Below, piece after piece: positions 41,586 to 52,154 of a stretch of DNA of 64,000 bases. The stretch spans positions 1 to 64,000 of the forward strand of contig CAWJZV010000042.1 in assembly GCA_963847445.1 (NCBI GenBank), given 5' to 3'. The DNA comes from an uncultured delta proteobacterium (lineage in GTDB: Bacteria; Desulfobacterota; Binatia; UBA9968). Under the pieces are notes generated by a model that worked only from the letters and a program-made list of their open reading frames with translations, did not search any database and was not told where the DNA came from. The position numbers and the translations under genes are program-made. The first letter of the stretch is position 1. Every line of letters begins with the position of its first letter.

Positions 41586-43622
41586 ATGAGAATCGCAGTT
41601 GATATAGGTGGGACGTTTACCGATTTGGTTGCCGTCGACGACGACGGCCGGGTGTCGCGCAGTAAGGCGCTGACCACGCCGGACGATTTGGCGCGCGGCA
41701 TCGACGATTGTTTGAAAGGCGCCAACGTCGACGTCGCCGGCGCGAACTTTTTTGTCCACGGTTCGACGGTGACCATCAACGCCGTGCTCGAGCGCAAGGG
41801 CGCGCGCACCGGTCTCATCACCACCAAAGGTTTTCGCGACGTTTACGAGATCGGCCGGGGCAACCGGCCGGAAGGTTACAATTTGTTTTTCAAACGGCCG
41901 GTGCCGCTGGTGCCGCGCGACTTGCGCTTGGAAGTCGACGAACGGCTTTATGCCACCGGCGAAGTGCTGACCCCACTCGACGAAACTTCGGCGGCGGCGG
42001 CGATTGACGCGTTAAAAAAAGCCGGCGTCGAAAGCGTCGCGGTGTGTTTGCTCCATTCCTACGCCAATGCGGCTCATGAGCAGCGGCTCGGCGAGCTGTT
42101 GCGCCAACAGTTTCCCGAAGCCTACGTGTCGCTGTCGCACGAGATTCTGCGCGAGTTCCGCGAGTACGAGCGCACTTCGACGACGGCGCTGAATTCCTAC
42201 GTCGGGCCGCTGGTGCGCCGTTATTTGGTCTCGCTGGAAAAAATGCTCGGCGCCGCCGGCTTTCACGGCACCTTTCGCGTCATGCAGTCCAACGGCGGCG
42301 TGATGTCGGCGGAGACGGCGAAGAAAATGCCGGTGACGATGATGGAGTCGGGGCCGGTGGCCGGCGTCATCGCGGCGGCGCGGCTCGGCGAAGCGCTCGG
42401 CTGCCGCCATATCATTTCCTTCGACATGGGCGGCACGACGGCGAAGTCGAGCTTGATCAAAGACTTTCATCCCGAGGTGACCAGCAGCTATTACGTCGGC
42501 GGTTATGTCACCGGCCATCCGATGATGCTGCCGGTGGTCGACATCGTCGAGGTCGGCAACGGCGGCGGCAGCATCGCCTGGATCGATCCCGCCGGCGGTT
42601 TGAAAGTCGGGCCGCAGAGCGCCGGCGCGGCGCCGGGGCCGGCTTGCTACGGCAAAGGCGGCGTCGAACCGACCGTTACCGATGCTAATTTGATCGCGGG
42701 CAGAATAGACCCGGAATATTTTCTCGGCAGCGGCATTCGCTTGCAGCGCGATCAAGCGGCGGCGGCGATCATGGAAAAGGTCGGCAAGCCGCTGGGACTT
42801 TCTTTGGAAGAGGCGGCATTGGGAATTCTCACCATCGCCAATTTCAACATGTCGCTGTCGGTGCGCGCGGTTTCCGTCGAGAAGGGTTACGATCCGCGCG
42901 ATTGCGTGCTGGTGCCGAGCGGCGGCGGCGGCGCGCTGCACGCCATCGCCATTGCGCGGGAGCTGTCGGTGCCGCGGGTGATCATCCCGCCGATGCCGGC
43001 GCATTTCTCCGCTCTCGGCATGCTGATGGCCGATTTGAAGCATGACTACGTGCAGACTTTCGTGCGCGAGTTGGCCGACACCAGCGGCGCACAGATCGCC
43101 GACGCGTTCGCGGTGCTGGAAAAATCCGCCACAGATACGCTGCGCGAAGAGGGTTGCAAGCCGGAGCAGATGGTCTTGCGGCGCTTTCTCGACATGCGCT
43201 ACCGCGGCCAGGAGTACACGTTGCCGGTGCCGGTGACTGAAGATCTGCGCACGCTCACCGACTTCAGCGCGATCCGCGCGCGTTTCGACCAAATGCATCA
43301 AGATCACTATGGCCACTCGGCGCCGAAAGAGCCGGTGATGATGGTCAATCTGCGTCTATCCGCGCTAGGAAAATTCGACAACAAATTGCCCCTGGCGACG
43401 GCGTCCCGCGCCGAAGACCGCGGCGAGCGGGGCCGGCGGCCGGTGATCTTCGACACCGAGCCGGTGGACTGTCCGATTTATTTGCGCAGCGGTTTCAAAG
43501 CCGGCGACCAATTAGCAGGTCCCGCGGTGATCGAAGAGTTGGGCGCGACGATCCTCGTTTATCCCGGCGACACCATGCAGGTGAACGAGCTCGGCCAGCT
43601 GGTGATCGAAGTGGGGAGCTGA
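41586..43622 (+). CDS. Hydantoinase A/oxoprolinase family protein (ATP-binding subunit)
   Basis: VDIGGTFTD, HGSTVTINA, EFREYERTSTT, ESGPVAG, DMGGTT, GPQSAGAAPGPACYG. Confidence 0.95.
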   Translation: MRIAVDIGGTFTDLVAVDDDGRVSRSKALTTPDDLARGIDDCLKGANVDVAGANFFVHGSTVTINAVLERKGARTGLITTKGFRDVYEIGRGNRPEGYNLFFKRPVPLVPRDLRLEVDERLYATGEVLTPLDETSAAAAIDALKKAGVESVAVCLLHSYANAAHEQRLGELLRQQFPEAYVSLSHEILREFREYERTSTTALNSYVGPLVRRYLVSLEKMLGAAGFHGTFRVMQSNGGVMSAETAKKMPVTMMESGPVAGVIAAARLGEALGCRHIISFDMGGTTAKSSLIKDFHPEVTSSYYVGGYVTGHPMMLPVVDIVEVGNGGGSIAWIDPAGGLKVGPQSAGAAPGPACYGKGGVEPTVTDANLIAGRIDPEYFLGSGIRLQRDQAAAAIMEKVGKPLGLSLEEAALGILTIANFNMSLSVRAVSVEKGYDPRDCVLVPSGGGGALHAIAIARELSVPRVIIPPMPAHFSALGMLMADLKHDYVQTFVRELADTSGAQIADAFAVLEKSATDTLREEGCKPEQMVLRRFLDMRYRGQEYTLPVPVTEDLRTLTDFSAIRARFDQMHQDHYGHSAPKEPVMMVNLRLSALGKFDNKLPLATASRAEDRGERGRRPVIFDTEPVDCPIYLRSGFKAGDQLAGPAVIEELGATILVYPGDTMQVNELGQLVIEVGS

Positions 43623-43682
43623 GGAGCAAGCGGGGTTGGTAATTTTGGCCTCGATGCTTTTATGCCTTGTTTTGTCTTCCCT

Positions 43683-43741
43683 GTAGGGGCAGGCCCCCGT
43701 GCCTGCCCGGCGGAGGGCAACCACGGGGGGTTGCCCCTACA
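43683..43741. repeat. GTAG-type REP doublet
   Basis: GTAGGGGCAGGCCCCCGTGCCTGCCC..GGGCAACCACGGGGGGTTGCCCCTAC. Confidence 0.7.
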
Positions 43742-43775
43742 ATAAATCGAGAACACCGAACGGTTAACTCCGATC

Positions 43776-45152
43776 ATGCTGGAACAAACCCTAAGCGAAC
43801 AGCTTTCACGCGAGATCGCTCAACTCCAATTCGATCGAATTCCCGCCGCACGTCATCGACGCCGCCAAGCTTCACATCCTCGATTCCCTCGGTTGTATTC
43901 TTGCCGGTTCGCGCCTGGAGCCGGGACGGCTGGCGTACAATCTGGCGGTGGAGGCGAGCGTTGGCAATGCCGATTCGACGCTCTTTGGAACGGCTCGACG
44001 CGCCAGCGTATCTCGACGCCGTGCAGGCGATGGCGACTGCGGCGCACTGCGGCGAGCTCGACGACATTCACGGCGGCGCGGCGACTTGCATCGGCGCTAT
44101 GATCGTTCCCGCGCTCCTGGCGCTGGCGGAAAAACATGGCGCCAGCGGCCGGCGCTTTCTCGAAGCGGCGATCGCCGGCTACGAAACTACCGCTCGTATC
44201 GGTTTGAGCATCGATGCGCCGAAGCTCTTCGACCGCGGCTGGTGGCCGAGTACGGTTTGCGGCGCCTTCGGTGTGGCAGCGGCTGGAGCGAAGTTCTTGG
44301 GCTGGCCGGTCGACAAGACGACCAACGCCCTCGGCATCGCTTCTCTCCACACCGGCGGCATGCTCACCGGCGGACAGGAAGGCGCGACGGCGCGTCATCT
44401 CGCATTCGGTTCCGCGGCGCGAAATGGCCTGCTCGCATTGCTCGCCACCGAGCAAGGGCTCACGGGGCCGAAGCGCGCGCTGGAAGATCCGCGCGGCTTT
44501 TGTTTCACGCTTTGTGCCGAACCGAAGTTCGAGTTTCTCCAAGACTTCAAACAGTTTCATTTGCTCGATGTCGCGTTCAAGCCTTACCCCTGCGCGCGCC
44601 AGTTGCATGCCGGGGTTGAAGCGCTGCTGAAACTGATAAGCGAATATTCGATTGGCGCGGAAGCGATTCGCGCGATCGAACTGGCGGTGCCGACGCAAAA
44701 CGCCGGCATGATCGATCGCCCGGCGACGCCGACGCTGCGGGCGGCGACGTTGGGGAGTGGCCAATATGTGATGGCGGTAACGGCGCTCAGAGGAAAAATC
44801 GATTTGGCGTCATTCGAAGACGAGTTTTTACAGAGCGTACCGGTTCGCCAATTAATGACTAAAGTGACTGTCAGCGCGAGCACGGAGCTCGATCGGCATT
44901 TCCCGAAATATTGGGCGGGACGAGTGACGGTGACGCTTGCGGACGGTCAGGTGCATACGCGAAGAGATTATCGCGCCCAAGGGCGAGATCGAGAATCCGC
45001 TGACGCGGCAAGATGTCGAAGCGAAGTTTCTCGGCTTGGCTGGGCCGGTACTGGGCGAGGAGAAAGCGCGGGCGGTGATTGATGAAGTTAGCTTGTTGGA
45101 TACGCGGGATTCGATGGCTCCGCTGCTGGCGGCGCTCAAGTTATCAGAGTAG
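43776..45152 (+). CDS. MmgE/PrpD family protein (frameshifts)
   Basis: ILDSLG, ELDDIH, AIAGYET, RGWWPS, FKPYPCARQLH, PKGEIENPL. Confidence 0.88.
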
Positions 45153-45365
45153 CGTTGCGGATCAGGTTCCTTCGCCCTCAGGGAGAAGGCTAGGATGAGG
45201 GCTCCGATGGACGACCGGCTTGGACTGCGCCCTTGAAAGAGCCCTCACCCTTCCCTCTCCCAAAGGGCGAGGGTATAAGATGTCGGCGATTGAAGCCGCT
45301 TGCGGCCATGAGCTATAACTGGCGAGCTTGAATCTAATCGCGCGAAAATTATTGGAGGTTCCGAT

Positions 45366-46148
45366 ATGAGTGCAGATACAACCGCAGGTTACGATCTACT
45401 CTATGACATCATCCGGCGCCGCTCGAGCGTGCGCAAGTTGAAACCCGATCCGATTCCCGACGAATATATCGGCAAGATACTCGAAGCCGGGCGCTGGGCG
45501 ATGTCGGGAGCCAACTCGCAGCCCTGGGAATATATCGTCGTCAAAGATGCCAAAGTGAAAAAAGATCTGTTTCGCTGCTACTCGGAGGACAACACCGACT
45601 TTATTTACTGGATGGAGCAGCAGCGGGTTTTCGAGCTGCGCCATCCGGCCTATCAAATGACCGCCGACGCCGCCGTTGAGCGGCAGCGGCGCGGCGCCGG
45701 TTGGTCGGAAGCGCCGGCGTTGATCGTCGTGGTCGGCGACGGCCGGCGCCAGTGGGGCACGGTGCAAGGGGCGCATACCTTCGGCCGTGATCAATCCCAT
45801 CTCACCGACGGCTTGGCGAATACCTGCACGTTCATGCATCTCGCTGCCGTTTCCCTCGGCCTCGCGACCCAGTGGGTGTCGATTCATCTCCAGGAACCGT
45901 TCAAGAAAGTTCTCGGTGTGCCCGATCTGATGATGCTCTACCTGATCATCCCAATCGGCTACCCTGCGGTGGAGCCGTCCGAAGGCGTGCGCCGGCCGCT
46001 GGACGAGATCGTCCATCACGATCATTACGAGCAGGAAAAGTTCATGAGCAATGAGCGGGTGATTCAGTTTCTCTACGAGCTGCGCGGTAAGACACTGCAA
46101 ACCTATCGGCAGTCGTATGTCGGGAAGGATGAGCCGGAGAAGAAGTGA
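45366..46148 (+). CDS. Nitroreductase family protein, paralog of 35983
   Basis: RRSSVRKL, WAMSGANSQPWE, shared GDGRRQWGTVxGAHTFGRDQSHLTDGLAN. Confidence 0.9.
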   Translation: MSADTTAGYDLLYDIIRRRSSVRKLKPDPIPDEYIGKILEAGRWAMSGANSQPWEYIVVKDAKVKKDLFRCYSEDNTDFIYWMEQQRVFELRHPAYQMTADAAVERQRRGAGWSEAPALIVVVGDGRRQWGTVQGAHTFGRDQSHLTDGLANTCTFMHLAAVSLGLATQWVSIHLQEPFKKVLGVPDLMMLYLIIPIGYPAVEPSEGVRRPLDEIVHHDHYEQEKFMSNERVIQFLYELRGKTLQTYRQSYVGKDEPEKK

Positions 46149-46181
46149 CGGAAGTAAGGGGTGAAGGGTAAGGGGTTAGGC

Positions 46182-47185
46182 GTGTTCGGAAAATTTATTG
46201 CAACACTGTTTGGGTTATTTATCGCGCTGCACGGAGTTGCCTTTGGGGCGCAAGTGGTAAGATCACGGCGGGCTATGGCGGCGAGTTGGGTTATCAGGCG
46301 CCGATTTGGCTGGCTCATGAACTGAAGTTGTTCGCCAAGCATGGCATGACTTCGGAGCTGGTGCGCATCGCCGGCGGGGCGCGCAGCACGGCGGCGTTGT
46401 TGGCTAACGCGCTGCAAGTGTCGCAGAGCGCCGGCGTGGCGCCGGTGCAGGCGAACTTGGCCGGCGGCGATCTGGTCATCATCGCGACTTCGACCAATCG
46501 GCCGACGGTGAGCATCGTCGGCCAGCCGAAGACGGTAAAGAAACCCCAGGACCTGGTTGGCAAGACCGTCGGCCTCGTCGGCCCGGGCGAAATGAATACC
46601 TTCTTTTTTCTCAACGCGCTGGAACGCTGGGGCATCGATCCGAAGTCGGTCACGGTCCTCGCTATTCCCGGAACCCAGCCGCGGCTCGCCGCCGTGGTCG
46701 CGGGCACCATCGATGCAACGGTGTTGGCGCCGCCGTTCAGCTTCGAAGCGGAAAAGTACAATCTGACGCCGTTGGCGGACTTCGCCACCGGATCGGATCC
46801 GTTTCCCCAATCTGGATTGGTGGTGCGCAAGGAACTGCTGCGCAGCAACCGCGATCTGGTCAAGCGCATGTTGATCGCCTACGTCGAAGCGATCCACGTT
46901 CTCAAGACCGATGTCGAGACCAGCCTGCCGATCATGAAAAAGTATATGCGCATTACCGACGAGGTCATCGCCAAGCGCAGTTACGAATATTACTCCAAGC
47001 TGTTTTCCTTGCCGCCGTTGACCGACGAGAAGGGCATCGGCGTGGTGCTCAAGTTCCTCGCCACCCAGCCGGGCGGGGCCGGCGCGAAGAACGCCAAAGC
47101 GGAAGAGTTTTTCGACAATAGTCTGTTGCAAGAGTTGCGCAAGGAAGGATTCTTCACCCGGCTGCAGGGCGGCAAGGGGCTGTAA
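46182..47185 (+). CDS. ABC substrate-binding protein, NMT1/SsuA family (frameshift near N-terminus)
   Basis: APIWLAHELKLFAKHG, DLVGKTVG, LAPPF; signal peptide in adjacent frame from GTG 46182. Confidence 0.85.
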
Positions 47186-47421
47186 TTTCAGGGGAACAGG
47201 AAATTTAACCGCAAAGTACGCAAAGAACGCAAAGAAGTCGTAGCGTGCGCTGCACACATGGCATGAGTTTGTCGGGTCGTGGAGCGCACACTACGGGAAT
47301 CTACAAGTCTTAGTCTTATTGTGGTGTGTTGCAAACAAGGGCAACCAGCCCGTCGCCCCATAATTTGGAGATCCTTTTTGCGTACTTTGCGTTCTTTGCG
47401 GTTAATAGATCTGAGGTATTT

Positions 47422-49104
47422 ATGTCTGTCGATCCCATCACTGTAGAAATTATTCGCTGCGCTTTGAAGGCGGCCGCCAACGAGATGTCGGCTGTGCTGA
47501 AGAAGACCGCTTACAACATGATGATCTACGAGGTGCAGGATTACTGCGTCGCGGTGCTCGATCATGAGGGGCGGACGATGTCGCAGAACGAGGGGGCGTT
47601 GCCGATCTTTCTCGCCGACCTGGGCGTGGCGGTGCAGGACGGCATCGAAGTTTACGGCAAGGAGGACATTCATCCCGGCGATGTGTTCCTGGTCAATCAC
47701 CCGGAGATCTGCGGCCAGCATTTGAACAACATGGCGGTGTACACGCCGTTTTTCTGGGAAGGCGAGCTGGTTAGCTTTCTCGCCGTGCGCGCCCATTGGA
47801 TCGATGTCGGCGGCGGCAGCACCGGTTTCGGATCGAGCAATACCCGCGATGTCTACGAGGAGGGGCTGCAAGTACGCTCGGTGAAAATTTACAAGCGAGG
47901 CAAGCCAAATACGGAAGTGCTGCGCTTGATCGAAGATAATATTCGCTTCCCCGAGTCCTCGCTCGGCGACTTGCGGGCGCAGATCGCCTGCTGCCGCACT
48001 GGCGAGGAACGATTGGAACAAATTTGCCGCAAATACGGCGGCGCGCGCTTTCAAGAGGCGGTGCAAGCGATCTGGGCCCAGACCGATAAGCTGGTGCGCG
48101 AGTCGGTGCGGGCGATTCCCGACGGCGTCTACGAAGCGGCGTCGTTTCTCGACGACGACGGCCGGGTGATGAACAAGACGATCCCGCTCAAGATCAAAGT
48201 CGTCGTGCGCGGCGATGAGCTGACCATCGATTATTCTGAAGTCGCCGATCAAGTGCCGGGCTTTATCAATTGCGGCGAATCCGGCGGCATGGCCGCGGCG
48301 CGGGTCGCTTTCAAGGCGCTGACGTCGCCGCAACGTGAAGTGAACGAAGGATCGTTTCTCGCGTTGAAAGTGATCCTGCCGCCGGGAAAATTGCTCAGTG
48401 CGCGCCGGCCGGCGCCCATCGGCGGCTGGAGCCTATCGTTGCCGACGGTGCTCGACACGATCTTTTGCGCTCTGGCGCCGGCGCTGCCGGAACGCGTGCC
48501 GGCGGCGCACAAAGGCGACATGGGCGGCTATGCGATTTTCGGCATGAACTCCAAAACCGGCCGCCGTTACGTCTGCCAGAATATTATCGGCGGCGGTTGG
48601 GGCGGACGGCCCTTCGAAGACGGCGTTTCCTCGGCGGTGTCGATGTGCCAGGGCGATGTCAAAAACACGCCTATCGAATTACAGGAACTTTACTATCCGC
48701 TGCTCTACGAGTGCCACGCCTTTCGCGCCGACAGCGGCGGCGCCGGCAAGTTTCGCGGCGGCAACGGCGTCGAAGTGCGGGTCAAGCCGCTGGAGAATTG
48801 TTTCCTGAGCCGCAACACCGACCGCATCAAGTGCCCGCCATGGGGACTGCTCGGCGGCGCTGCGGCGATGGTCAACGAGACGCGCATCGAGCGCGGCGGC
48901 AAAGACGAACAGTTGCCCGGCAAGTTTAGCCAGATGCAAATTCATCCTGGCGAGACGGTAACCTTTTTCACCGCCGGCGGCGGCGGCTATGGCGCGCCTG
49001 GTGAGCGCCAGGCAGCCGCGGTGGCGCGGGACGTCGAACTCGGTTATTTGTCGCAAGAGAACGCCCGTAAAAATTATCCCCAGGCATATTTGGCTAAGGT
49101 GTAA
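47422..49104 (+). CDS. Hydantoinase B/oxoprolinase family protein
   Basis: DPITVEI, GQHLNN, RAHWIDVGG, GDLRAQIA, NTPIE, GGAGKFRGG, TAGGGGYG. Confidence 0.95.
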   Translation: MSVDPITVEIIRCALKAAANEMSAVLKKTAYNMMIYEVQDYCVAVLDHEGRTMSQNEGALPIFLADLGVAVQDGIEVYGKEDIHPGDVFLVNHPEICGQHLNNMAVYTPFFWEGELVSFLAVRAHWIDVGGGSTGFGSSNTRDVYEEGLQVRSVKIYKRGKPNTEVLRLIEDNIRFPESSLGDLRAQIACCRTGEERLEQICRKYGGARFQEAVQAIWAQTDKLVRESVRAIPDGVYEAASFLDDDGRVMNKTIPLKIKVVVRGDELTIDYSEVADQVPGFINCGESGGMAAARVAFKALTSPQREVNEGSFLALKVILPPGKLLSARRPAPIGGWSLSLPTVLDTIFCALAPALPERVPAAHKGDMGGYAIFGMNSKTGRRYVCQNIIGGGWGGRPFEDGVSSAVSMCQGDVKNTPIELQELYYPLLYECHAFRADSGGAGKFRGGNGVEVRVKPLENCFLSRNTDRIKCPPWGLLGGAAAMVNETRIERGGKDEQLPGKFSQMQIHPGETVTFFTAGGGGYGAPGERQAAAVARDVELGYLSQENARKNYPQAYLAKV

Positions 49105-49139
49105 ACGAAACGATCAATCGTAGGCAGTCGGAGGCAAAG

Positions 49140-49602
49140 ATGAACAAAGTTTTTTGATATTCGATGGCGGCGATTGCGGCTCTGTTATTTTGCGCCGATT
49201 GTTGGGCGCAGGCGAAGAAAACCATGTCTGCTCGCCGGCAGCTAGTACCGATGACCTGCTTGGCCTGCGCCTCGGCCGTGAACTTGGTCATGATATCGGT
49301 ATTGGTGGCGCGGTACGGTTCGATCTTGATGCCGTACTTGGTCTCGAAGCCTTTGGCGAACTCTTTCGGCGTGGTGATTGTCGCTCAGGCGCCCCATTCC
49401 CATGCGGCAGTTTTGCTCACCGACTATCTGCTCGGGCCGGAAGCGGCGAAAATCCTCGGCGACCTGGAATACGGCAGCGTGTTCAAGCCGGTCACATATA
49501 AACTATGGTATCCCGAGGCGGGAATGTCGACGATGCAGTACGACAAGGCCGCCGAGCGTTGGGAGAAATTGCTGCGGGAGACTTGGCAAGAAGCAGTCCT
49601 GA
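49140..49602 (+). pseudogene. Remnant of an Fe3+/thiamine-type extracellular solute-binding protein with an inverted internal segment
   Basis: Signal peptide on +, KEFAKGFETKYGIKIEPYRA..AEAQAKQVIG on - (49245-49366), APHSHAAVLLTDYLLG C-terminus on +. Confidence 0.75.
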
Positions 49603-49618
49603 TAGGTGCCGGATTAAA

Positions 49619-50647
49619 TCAACTTCCTAACAATTTTTTCATGCGTTCGACGATCTCCGGCGGCTGAGAAATAACTTCTTTTGCCAGCGCCGCCATCTCC
49701 TCGCCGCCGATGGCGTCGACGACCCAGCGGCGCTTTTTCAGTTCCTCGAGCAGTCCAGGGTCTTTCAGCGATCGATGATAGGCGTCGCGCAGGATTTTTA
49801 CTCTCGCCGGCGGCACGCCGGGGGCGGCTACCATGGGCCGGCCGAAGACGGCGGGTGCGAGCAGGACCGTGGCGAGACGGCGACCCGCTTCGGAGACTTT
49901 ATATTGATCCATGACTTCGTGAATGGTCTGAACATCGGGAATGCGCCCGTCGCGCTTTTTTGGGGTTTGCATGAGCGGCCGGACAAATCCGTTTTTGTGC
50001 CAGGTGAGATAGGGCTCCCGGGCAAAGTAGGTGCTGATCGTCATGGTACGGCAGTGCAACTCGCCGCGTTCGATGCCGAGGTCCACCTCGTTGCCGCCGG
50101 GATAGCCGGTGACGATGTTAAACTTCGCGCCGATGTTTTCCTCCAAAAACTTGGGGACGTAGTAACTGGTCGTGCTGGTTCCCGGCGCGCCGCACTTGGG
50201 CGGCTCGGCGGCTTTGCGGATAGCTTCGATAGATTTGTATGGACTATCCATTCTCATGACCAGGATCGAGTCGGTTTGTTCCGGCGTGCCGATCCAGGTG
50301 AACTTTGACCAATCGAATTGAACTTCTTTGCGCCCCGCGAGTTGATCGAAATAGATCCACGGACCGAGGGCGCCAAGCGTCAGGCCGTCGGCTTTGGCAA
50401 CGCCATAAACATAGTTGGCGGCGATCAAGCCGCCGCCGCCGGTCATGTTCTGAACGATGAAGCTGGGATTGCCCGGCATGTACTTGCCCATGTATTGCGC
50501 GAAGATTCTCGCCCAAAGATCGTAGGCATCGCCGGCCAGATAGCCGACGATAATGCGCACCGTCTGGCCCTGATAGAATGGCGCTTGGGCGTGAAGATTC
50601 GTATTCGATGAAAGAAGTAACAAAAGCGCAAATGCAGCTCGCTTCAT
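49619..50647 (-). CDS. TctC/Bug family tripartite tricarboxylate transporter substrate-binding protein
   Basis: FYQGQTVRIIVG, MPGNPSFIVQNMTGGGG, KADGLT, VTGYPGG, ERGE. Confidence 0.9.
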   Translation of the reverse strand: MKRAAFALLLLLSSNTNLHAQAPFYQGQTVRIIVGYLAGDAYDLWARIFAQYMGKYMPGNPSFIVQNMTGGGGLIAANYVYGVAKADGLTLGALGPWIYFDQLAGRKEVQFDWSKFTWIGTPEQTDSILVMRMDSPYKSIEAIRKAAEPPKCGAPGTSTTSYYVPKFLEENIGAKFNIVTGYPGGNEVDLGIERGELHCRTMTISTYFAREPYLTWHKNGFVRPLMQTPKKRDGRIPDVQTIHEVMDQYKVSEAGRRLATVLLAPAVFGRPMVAAPGVPPARVKILRDAYHRSLKDPGLLEELKKRRWVVDAIGGEEMAALAKEVISQPPEIVERMKKLLGS

Positions 50648-51137
50648 AACATCCTCCGGTTTGGCTAATCGGGACATGATTCGTTTCGGTCGAGAGCCAT
50701 CTCCTCGTTCGTCATGACACTTGCTCTCTACCTGTCATTTCGAGCAGGGCGAGAAATCTTTCTCAATCGCCGCAACCAGGATGAAATTAAATTGAAGCAC
50801 TATCGCAACTCGAATCAGTTTACACTTTGACATGCTCGCTTGTCCTAACGATATAGTCCGTCGATGTAGCCGCTGCGGTCTAACTCGGTTTTCAACATCG
50901 CTGGCCTCCTTCGATGTGCCGGATCATATTTCCGTGCGTGCGGAGCTGTCAAGGCGGGGTGGTGACTTAAGGATGAAGGCGGAGGGATGAAGGGTGATCT
51001 CACGAAGGGTGTGAAGCATTTCCTCGGAACAGCGCTTTCTACGGCGCCGTCTCTAGATTATTTCGCGGCGCGATGATGAAAAAATTGATGCGATCGATTG
51101 TTTTATACGATGGGAAACTTCAGAGAGATAGTTTTGA

Positions 51138-51184
51138 GCTCAACGTTTGGCGTCAACCGCGGCCGAGCGCAGCGCAGGTTAGGC
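51138..51184 (-). other. Degenerate (internally deleted) integron attC-like site
   Basis: Minus strand GCCTAAC (RYYYAAC) ...GCGCTGCGCTCGGCCGCGGTTGACGCCAAAC GTTGAGC (GTTRRRY), 5 nt after the GNAT stop. Confidence 0.55.
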
Positions 51185-51189
51185 AGTCG

Positions 51190-51675
51190 TCAAATATGCT
51201 TCTCCAACACGATTGAGTTTAGTTTTGTGCCTGCGAGATCATCAATTTTGACACGGACCTCGTTAAATCCGAGTTTTCGATAAAAAGCTCTCCCCTTAGG
51301 ATTCTCTTCTTCAACGTCCAGTTGCACTCGCCGTGTCTGAGGGAATGCGCGGAAGCTTTCGTCCATCAGCCTTTCCCCAATACCCTGTCGTTGATACTCG
51401 GGAAGTACATACAATCGACTTATGAGTAACAGCTCGCCCTGTGAATGTGCCGTTATCATGCCGACAATTTCGCTTGAAACGCTTTTGGCTACGCCAGTGA
51501 AGGTTGAAGGCCGGTCGATTTCAGCTGCAAGCACGCTCGGCGAATGCCATTCAGCCGTCACTCTGGCGATGGATGACTCCGAAAGCAATGATGCATAGGT
51601 ATCGGCCCAAGTTGCCGCCAGGACAGCTTTGATTCCCTGGATGTCGTCGATTTGCGCGCGACAAATCGTTATCAC
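51190..51675 (-). CDS. GNAT family N-acetyltransferase
   Basis: ATWADTY, SRLYVLPEYQRQGIGERL, LDVEEENPKGRAFYRKLGF; GGAGG RBS before GTG 51675. Confidence 0.9.
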   Translation of the reverse strand: MITICRAQIDDIQGIKAVLAATWADTYASLLSESSIARVTAEWHSPSVLAAEIDRPSTFTGVAKSVSSEIVGMITAHSQGELLLISRLYVLPEYQRQGIGERLMDESFRAFPQTRRVQLDVEEENPKGRAFYRKLGFNEVRVKIDDLAGTKLNSIVLEKHI

Positions 51676-52154
51676 GATTACCCTCCGGAGGCCGCTAGCG
51701 GTGCATGCTGCCCGATCGGATCTCTGTTTGCCGATACAAATATCTGCAATGGCCGCCCGCAAAAGCGAGAGCGATCCAATTGAGGGGTCACATTAACTAC
51801 GCACCCGAATCGCTTGCCTCGCTTTACCGGTTCGCGCCAGAATAATCTTACCAACGCTCCCTATTGGCTCGTTGCCGTCTTGCTACCCATTCTCACCCGC
51901 TGTCCTACCGCTCGCATGGCTCATTGCTTAGGAATCAGGCCGAGTCTATGGAAGCGCAAAATTTCTGTCAATTGCAATTGTTTTGCGGAACGAAAATTTC
52001 AGTGGTTGTGTTGACAAGTCGGAGGTCAACTCATTAAAGACATGACGTGGGAGCCGAACCGGAACGATGACGTTGTGTTTCTCACCGGCCGGCGTTCGGT
52101 GCAGCGTAGACTGAGTTTCCGGCGCAGCTCAAATATGCCGCGGAGGATTCATCG

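Noticed and set aside
42012-43316. Long antisense ORFs (also 2249-3082, 35968-36885, 46103-47257, 47188-48333, 56411-57283)
   Set aside because: Shadow frames opposite well-supported genes in high-GC DNA; no motifs of their own
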